Shown in pieces: positions 57,631 through 64,000 of a DNA stretch of 64,000 nucleotides; the stretch's first letter is position 1, and each line of letters starts with the position of its first letter. The notes below the pieces were generated by a model, which saw nothing but the letters and a program-made list of their open reading frames with translations, did not search any database and was not told the DNA's origin. The translations under genes were made by a program, and so were the position numbers. The stretch comes from an uncultured Nitrososphaeraceae archaeon (GTDB lineage: Archaea; Thermoproteota; Nitrososphaeria; Nitrososphaerales; Nitrososphaeraceae), in the NCBI GenBank assembly GCA_963765895.1, contig CAVXZB010000041.1:69152-133151 (forward strand), written 5' to 3'.

Positions 57631-58221
57631 ATGCAAAAATATGATTATAAAAATAATATAGGATTTATAGTTAACAGGACAGCAAAGGCCTTCGCCAAGG
57701 CATTTGATACAGAATTACGTGACAAAGTAGGTGTAACTTTTAGTCAATGGAAGGTAATTGTAATGCTTGTAGATCAAAATGGTTTAACTCAAAAAGAGAT
57801 TGCCGATAGGCTAGGATTAGAAGGTCCGACACTCATTCCGATTATAGATAAAATGGAAAAGGTGAGGCTAGTAATAAGAAAAGTAGATGCAGATGATAGA
57901 AGGAATAATAGAATTTATCGTACAGAAAAAGCAGATGCATTATGGGATAAGATGCTAGAATGTTCGTTTAGAATAAGGCAAATTTCTGTCAGAGATATAT
58001 CAGAACAAAATATCGCCATCATGCGGGATGTTTTAGACAAGATATGGCTAAATCTAAGAACTGAATTTGACGATGTTGATTGTGCTATTGTTGATAATAA
58101 TAGCAATAATACAGTAACAGTCCAAGATTCAACTTCCAATACTCCTAAAAATATTGCCGTCGCTACAACAACTAGTGCATTAACATCCTCAACAACAATT
58201 AGAACAAATAAGAAAAATTAG
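57631..58221 (+). CDS. MarR-family transcriptional regulator
   Basis: GVTFSQWKVI..LTQKEIADRL..IIDKMEK..DDRRNNRIYRT; likely start MQKYDY. Confidence 0.9.
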   Translation: MQKYDYKNNIGFIVNRTAKAFAKAFDTELRDKVGVTFSQWKVIVMLVDQNGLTQKEIADRLGLEGPTLIPIIDKMEKVRLVIRKVDADDRRNNRIYRTEKADALWDKMLECSFRIRQISVRDISEQNIAIMRDVLDKIWLNLRTEFDDVDCAIVDNNSNNTVTVQDSTSNTPKNIAVATTTSALTSSTTIRTNKKN

Positions 58222-58242
58222 TAAAATAAAGGTTTTTTTAAA

Positions 58243-59972
58243 ATGAAGCCATCGTCCGACAAAAATAGGAACGACATTAATACTAAGAATTATAACGATA
58301 ATAGGAACAACGGTAATTCATCTTCTAATTTATATGCATCTTCCCAAACTAATAATGTAAAGATTCCTGCTTCCGCATGGAAAGTATTAGCTTTACTAAG
58401 CTGCATTGCAACTATGGTAATGTATGCAGAAACTATGTTGATACCTGCTATTCCAGATCTTATCAAAGACTTTCATGTATCCTACAGTATGTCTTCCTGG
58501 ATCCTTACAGCATATCTTGTTGCAGGTGCGGTTATGACACCGATAGCTGGTAAGTTATCAGATATCTACGGAAGAAAGAAAATGCTATTGATTATAATGG
58601 TAATTTATGCTGTTGGAGTTTCATTATCGGCGTTTGCCACAAACATATACTTTATGATAGTGGCTAGGGCAATTCAGGGAATAGGAATGTCGATGTTTCC
58701 TATTGCTTTTGGTATAGTAAGAGACGTATTTCCAAGAGAAAAAATTTCTATTGGTCAGGGAGTGATCACTTCTATGTTTGCATCTGGCGCAGTCATTGGA
58801 TTAGCTGTAGGAGGGATAATAATTCAAAACTATGGATGGAGAAGTACGTTCTTTACAATCATACCCATTGCAATTGCCCTACTCTTGATAATAAGGCGAT
58901 TTATTAATGTGGATGATGGAGAACAACAACTACAAGAACAAGAAGAACAAGAAGGGCACTTACAGAAACAATCCAAAATTGTAGAAAATAATAGACACAA
59001 TAACAATAGCAGTAATAATATTAAAGATAGAATAACTAACAAAAATTACGAGAGCAATAGTAAAAGAGTCACAAATCAAATTGACGTAAAAGGTGCTGTT
59101 ACTTTAGCTCCTACAATAACCTTATTTCTATTAGTATTAACGTTCATCGAAACATCAGGTGGTGGTAGTGCAACTGCTACTAACATGAATAATAGTAATA
59201 GTAGCAGTAATTCTTCTAATTCTTCAACCACACTACTGCCCTTCCTTATCACCGGAGGAATTATTTCATTCATACTGTTTATAGTTGTTGAAAGACGCTC
59301 TAAATATCCATTAGTAGATTTTAGATTAATGCTCAACAAGTCGATCCTTCCTGCAAATTTGATCATTATGCTAGTTGGACTATCCATGTTTATGGTCTTT
59401 CAGACAATACCAATTCTAGTAAGAAATCCTGAACCAGTTGGATTTGGAGAAGATGCAATCAGTATGGAAAAGTACAGCTGCCTTTTGCCATAGTGCTATT
59501 AATATTTGGTCCAACTTCTGGGTATATAGTATCAAAATTAGGCTCATTAAAACCAATAATATTTGGCACTTGTATAACTGCTGCAGGTTTTATTGGTCTA
59601 CTTATGTTCCATTCTACAGAGTTATTAGTTTCAACTAATCTCGCTATATTATCAACAGGATTATCTTTGACTAGTGTTGGGGCTATGAACGTAATTATCT
59701 TGTCAACCCCAAAACAATTTAGTGGCATATCTTTGGGTATGAGTACTCTTATGAGAATCATTGGTGCTGCGATAGGTCCAGCGTTAGCAGGAATGTTTAT
59801 GCAGACACATCAGTCATTATTAAATATCCATGGAATTGCACAATATTTCCCTTCAGCAGATTCATTTAATCTAATATTTCTCTCTGCAGTAATACTCTCA
59901 GTAGTCTCAATAGTGTTAGCAATAATATTAAGGCGAAGCGTCGTAAAAATGGCCATACCGAATTTGGCATAG
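58243..59972 (+). pseudogene. MFS drug:H+ antiporter-like transporter, one frameshift near 59465
   Basis: GKLSDIYGRKK (motif A), RAIQGIG, GWRSTF; second half 59493-59972. Confidence 0.85.
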
Positions 59973-60002
59973 GAGAGCCGAACGTCAACAATAACATGAT
60001 CT

Positions 60003-61080
60003 ATGTGCCTGGTGATGGAGTTGGGCATTAAAGAAGATACACTTAAAAATGAGGATAAAGCGATATATCACTTACAGAAAAACCACTGGTACTTGAGTTT
60101 CTACCCTTGTAAGAAAAGTTCCTTTCGAAAGTACCTTTCTATATTGAATGAAAATGAGTCATATCGATCTTGCTTTAAACAGGGCGCTGATTTGATGCCT
60201 CGCCAAGCCGTAATAGTAGACATTTTGGGGAACAAGAAAGTAAAGGTACTAGTCTTCAGGCGCCTGAAGTTGAAAAGGCTAATCCTAACAATAAATGGAG
60301 TACCGATCTCAAAGGCAGCATTGAATCTAAATTTGTTTTTACTACGCTCAAATCAGATATAGTTCTACCATTCACAGCAGGTCAATATTCCTATGTATCT
60401 CTTCCAGTAGAAAAGAGCCAGGAAGGAAAGTATAGGATAGTGGGTCAAAAGGAGTTACTACTAAATAATTACACATTGGCCATAAAGTGGTTCAAGTAGG
60501 TCAATAAGCAACTATTATCCAAGACAAAGAAGGAATTGGATAGTTGGCCTAAACGTAGGAACAAGCTTATTGATCAACCTTCTAGTGGGGCCCGGTAATT
60601 TGGTTCTCTTTGGAGCAGGCGGCAAAATATCTCTGCAACCGTAGTATCTATACGAAGACCTCCTAGCTAGAACCGGCGAGCATTCAAAGTTTTTGGGTCA
60701 ACACTTTACACCTTCCCATATAGCTGAATTAACATTATGTGGACTTTGTGGTACTTCTAACCTCAATCCTAGATCCAATGGCAGGACATGGGGGTTTCTT
60801 GGAGCAATCTATGAAACGTTATCCATATGCTAACATCGTCGGCGTAGAAATAGATCCATTCCGCTACATGCAGCAAAGTTGATAACGGATGGTAAAATAA
60901 CTCTCATATCCGCGGACGTTTTTACTTGGGCTAAAGAACGTGTGAAAGATAATCCATCCTGTAACTTCTATGCCATAGTTGGAAATTCCAGCATATGTGA
61001 GCTATCAAAATTTACACAAAGTTAAACAGCTTAATGTTCGTAATAAAGAGACACATGATTATAGAACCTATCCACTTCGA
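60003..61080 (+). pseudogene. N6-adenine DNA methyltransferase / type IIG R-M relic
   Basis: Manual reading 60660-61020: LGQHFTPSHIA, LDPMAGHGGFL (motif I), GVEIDP, ADVF, IVGN(P)AY (motif IV); upstream FKQGADLMPR fragment. Confidence 0.7.
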
Positions 61081-62139
61081 ACATTAGAGGAGATAGCCAT
61101 TGCGAAGGGAGTTATACTTGACGTAGCGTGCATATTTAAAGAGTGGTCATTGCCGGCAAAAAGAAGCTGCAAGCATCCCGGCGGTATGAGAGGACAAAGT
61201 GCACATAGATGCCCGGATAACGAATCCGCAGTACTCAACGGCCAACAACAGTTCTTTATCCTAGTTTGGTTTAGCTGAATTTGCGTATAAGATATTTTGC
61301 CGACCAAACCCATGACTAAGGTTCATTACCTTTTCTAGCTTATAGTGATAGGCATAAACATCATCACTAATGAATCGATATGGATATGGCTCCAGGCACT
61401 GGTAGGCGGTAGTTCGAGCGATGACTTCTCTGACAATCTTGATCTCCTTATTTATCTCACCGTTTTCTGAAACCTCAGACACCTTCTTTCTTGTTTAGTC
61501 AGATTAGATTAAAATCCGGAAGCGTGAATCAGCCATAATATTCGATATGATGCCCATAAAATCCAAGTAACCGACGATCACACTAGTTGATACTCTGTTC
61601 ACTATCTTTACTATCTTGAACTAGTTTTGGCAGAATAGTCTGAATTCATATCCATAGATTGCACTTTGCAAAAAATTTCGTTATTGTAGTGAGATATTTC
61701 GCAGGCAGTTTTGTAAATCAGGAAGATATAGCTGTAGTCTGATAGTATTAACTTGTTTGCAGTCGATGTAACACATTGAATGCGCTAGTCATAGTAAGAA
61801 TGGAAATGTAAAGTTCTTCAATGTGTTGATTATGTTTTGTGATAGCAAACCATTAGCGAACACTAATGCTCCACAGGTATTACATAAGCATTATCCGTCC
61901 AGTCTTTGTGGGCTTTAGCGTAGCCATTGAATTGCAGAATAGACAATGCACAGTTCGTTCCCATGGATCGATAATAGACAAGTTACTGTAGTATAATACA
62001 TCATATCTAAGCTATATATAGCACCTATCGAGAGCAATTAGAATACAACATTCAATATCCAAGGATCCGACATACAATAGTTATTCTTCAAGCCGATCTA
62101 GCATACTAGAACTACGTCTTGCATAATAGTATCTGTAGA

Positions 62140-62391
62140 ATGGCTTTTTGGAAAGTGAAAAAGGATCATACATCAATTAGGCGTATAGATTATGGAACGG
62201 TGTTTGCCGGCATTGGGGGGCCTGCTAATATGTCACATATAGATGGTGGTGCTTACGATAGAGTAAGATATGATGTTTATGGAAAAACCACCTTTAATGT
62301 AGACGTGATTGGTGAGAGCGATAATGGCTATGGTGTGTATGATTTGAGCAAAAGCCGCGATGGTGTGGTTGGGTTCAGTCCTCACGGTTAA
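62140..62391 (+). CDS. Small hypothetical protein
   Basis: Gly/Asp/Tyr-rich ORF with ATG start. Confidence 0.4.
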   Translation: MAFWKVKKDHTSIRRIDYGTVFAGIGGPANMSHIDGGAYDRVRYDVYGKTTFNVDVIGESDNGYGVYDLSKSRDGVVGFSPHG

Positions 62392-62971
62392 GATGTACAT
62401 AGCCAGAGTATCGATTGCCACGGTATGCTTGGAACTAGCAGCAGATTTGGTATGCACGGCGTTAGCATTCAGGATGCTGATGTGGTTGGCATTGATCGTA
62501 ATGGTGGCGCCGGATTGCTTACACCATAGAAGGTGTGCCCCAACCTCGCATATCATGAAAAACTAACCTGGTCTAGCCAGCGTCTTTCCTCACTATTACA
62601 TGCGTCTGCCATATTACCCCTCCATGGATAGAAATCCTTTCATAATCCTATCTCGTATGCAGTGCCAAAAGGATTGAATGTATCACCTTGATTAAATGGA
62701 TGATTTTTACCACCGACTGTTCCTTGCACGAAACAATCATTATGTCCTTTCCTGCATTGATGCTGTTCGCCGGCGAACTAAGTAATGATCCTAGTATAGA
62801 TATCATTATAATGACTGGCAATTATTCCCTCAGTTCTTGGTCGTCTGTAATCACACTCAGAGAACATTGTACTGCTCCTAATACGGATAGGAGCCTGGAA
62901 GATGATGATATACCAAACATAGATGATAGTAAACAAAGATGTGACATGTTTGCATATCAGTAGATAATAAA

Positions 62972-63289
62972 GTGAAAAAACAGCAAAAAACGAAAAGAAA
63001 ATCTGATACCGTAGTAGATATGTCTACAGGTATAGTAGATATTGAAGACACTCCTGACGTTGCTACTTGGAATAAGAAAATTCACACGAAAGTTGATTCT
63101 GCAGGCATAATAGATGATAGATTCCTTAATGCAGAAAAAATACAAACACCGCTAACTATTGGTATTGGCCTCAGACATAGGGAACCATCTAAAAAAGATT
63201 TGATTGTAGATCCAGCTAATAAAAAAGAGATAGAGGAGGCAATTGAGTCTGGATCTACATTAACAGATGAAGCCACAGATTTGTCCTAA
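62972..63289 (+). CDS. Hypothetical protein
   Basis: 105-aa charged ORF. Confidence 0.45.
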   Translation: MKKQQKTKRKSDTVVDMSTGIVDIEDTPDVATWNKKIHTKVDSAGIIDDRFLNAEKIQTPLTIGIGLRHREPSKKDLIVDPANKKEIEEAIESGSTLTDEATDLS

Positions 63290-64000
63290 TAATGAATAAC
63301 CACAGCATATGGCTCAGCTTCATATAATATGAAAGGTGTATACAACAAGCAGTTCCTAAAGTAGTATCGGCGAAGGATGAGACATATTTCGATAAACTTG
63401 TAGAATCGTTGCAAAGAACCAGGATATTATAGGAAGAATTGATTGAAATTGGCAGAGTTATGGATGCTACTCTGTTCAATCCAAGGTATGCGGCTGAACG
63501 TAGAAAAATTAAGGTTGTTAATAAAGAGGCAAATGCGTGGTCACTCCTGCTAAGGACTTACGATTTTGTCAATGTAAGAAATCAAATCGTTCCAAACAAA
63601 AAGCGTCTCTTTTGTAATTGTATCGATAGATCTCGCAGTACTCGTCCCTTATCAAGTAGCACGGTCACCAACTATTGTTGTTTTTCTCTTGCTTCTTGAG
63701 CTTGTGTCAAAGTGACAAAACTTCGATGCCTATCAGGCATCAAATATGTAATTGTATCAAAGATGATCTGCTGGAAATGCATTGTCTCCTGAGTGTACGA
63801 TATAAACGGTCAGCATAATTAGATGATAGATCTTTTAGTAATCAGAATTATCTTTCACTCTAGTAAGGAATTAATTTGCTTATAGCCATACACCCATTAC
63901 AGGTTAAGACTTCAACGATCTTCATACCTAAAAAGATATTAATAAATAGAGGTATTCTATACATAATTCCAGTAATATAGATATAGATAAGTAATAACTA

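Noticed and set aside
61261-64000. Several short overlapping ORFs at the right end
   Set aside because: No recognisable motifs and conflicting strands; only two retained at low confidence

Overview
AT-rich accessory region with no rRNA, tRNA, CRISPR or core housekeeping genes. The gene families (IS5/IS6 types, long tyrosine integrase, AEP-PriX primase, HTH/terminase-like relics, TATA-led genes) point to a soil ammonia-oxidising archaeon (Nitrososphaeraceae); this is inference only. About 1-21 kb holds IS relics and bacterial-type enzymes (tyrosinase, metallophosphoesterase, Kelch propeller, Phi-1-like protein, S10 carboxypeptidase) around a convergent pair of ParB/Spo0J genes. About 21.7-55 kb looks like one or more stacked, decaying integrated elements: an integrase, TerS/TerL-like relics, cargo genes, and two paralogous replication modules (AEP-PriX primase, one with a helicase), each followed by a KAP NTPase. 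About 55-64 kb has an IS5-split DUF1080 gene, MarR plus MFS, and a DNA methyltransferase relic. The strongest unexplained signals are: (1) six intergenic copies of the palindrome TTTTTCGGCGCCGAAAAA, five within about 13 kb of parB (operator regulon or parS-like site); (2) a ~150-nt two-hairpin element at 24563-24708 whose bulges are exactly complementary (candidate kissing-loop ncRNA); (3) a shared iteron/AT-hairpin origin architecture beside both primase genes, plus a third iteron array with a different core. Many genes are frameshifted, either by decay or by assembly indels. All calls come from reading the sequence by eye; no searches were run.
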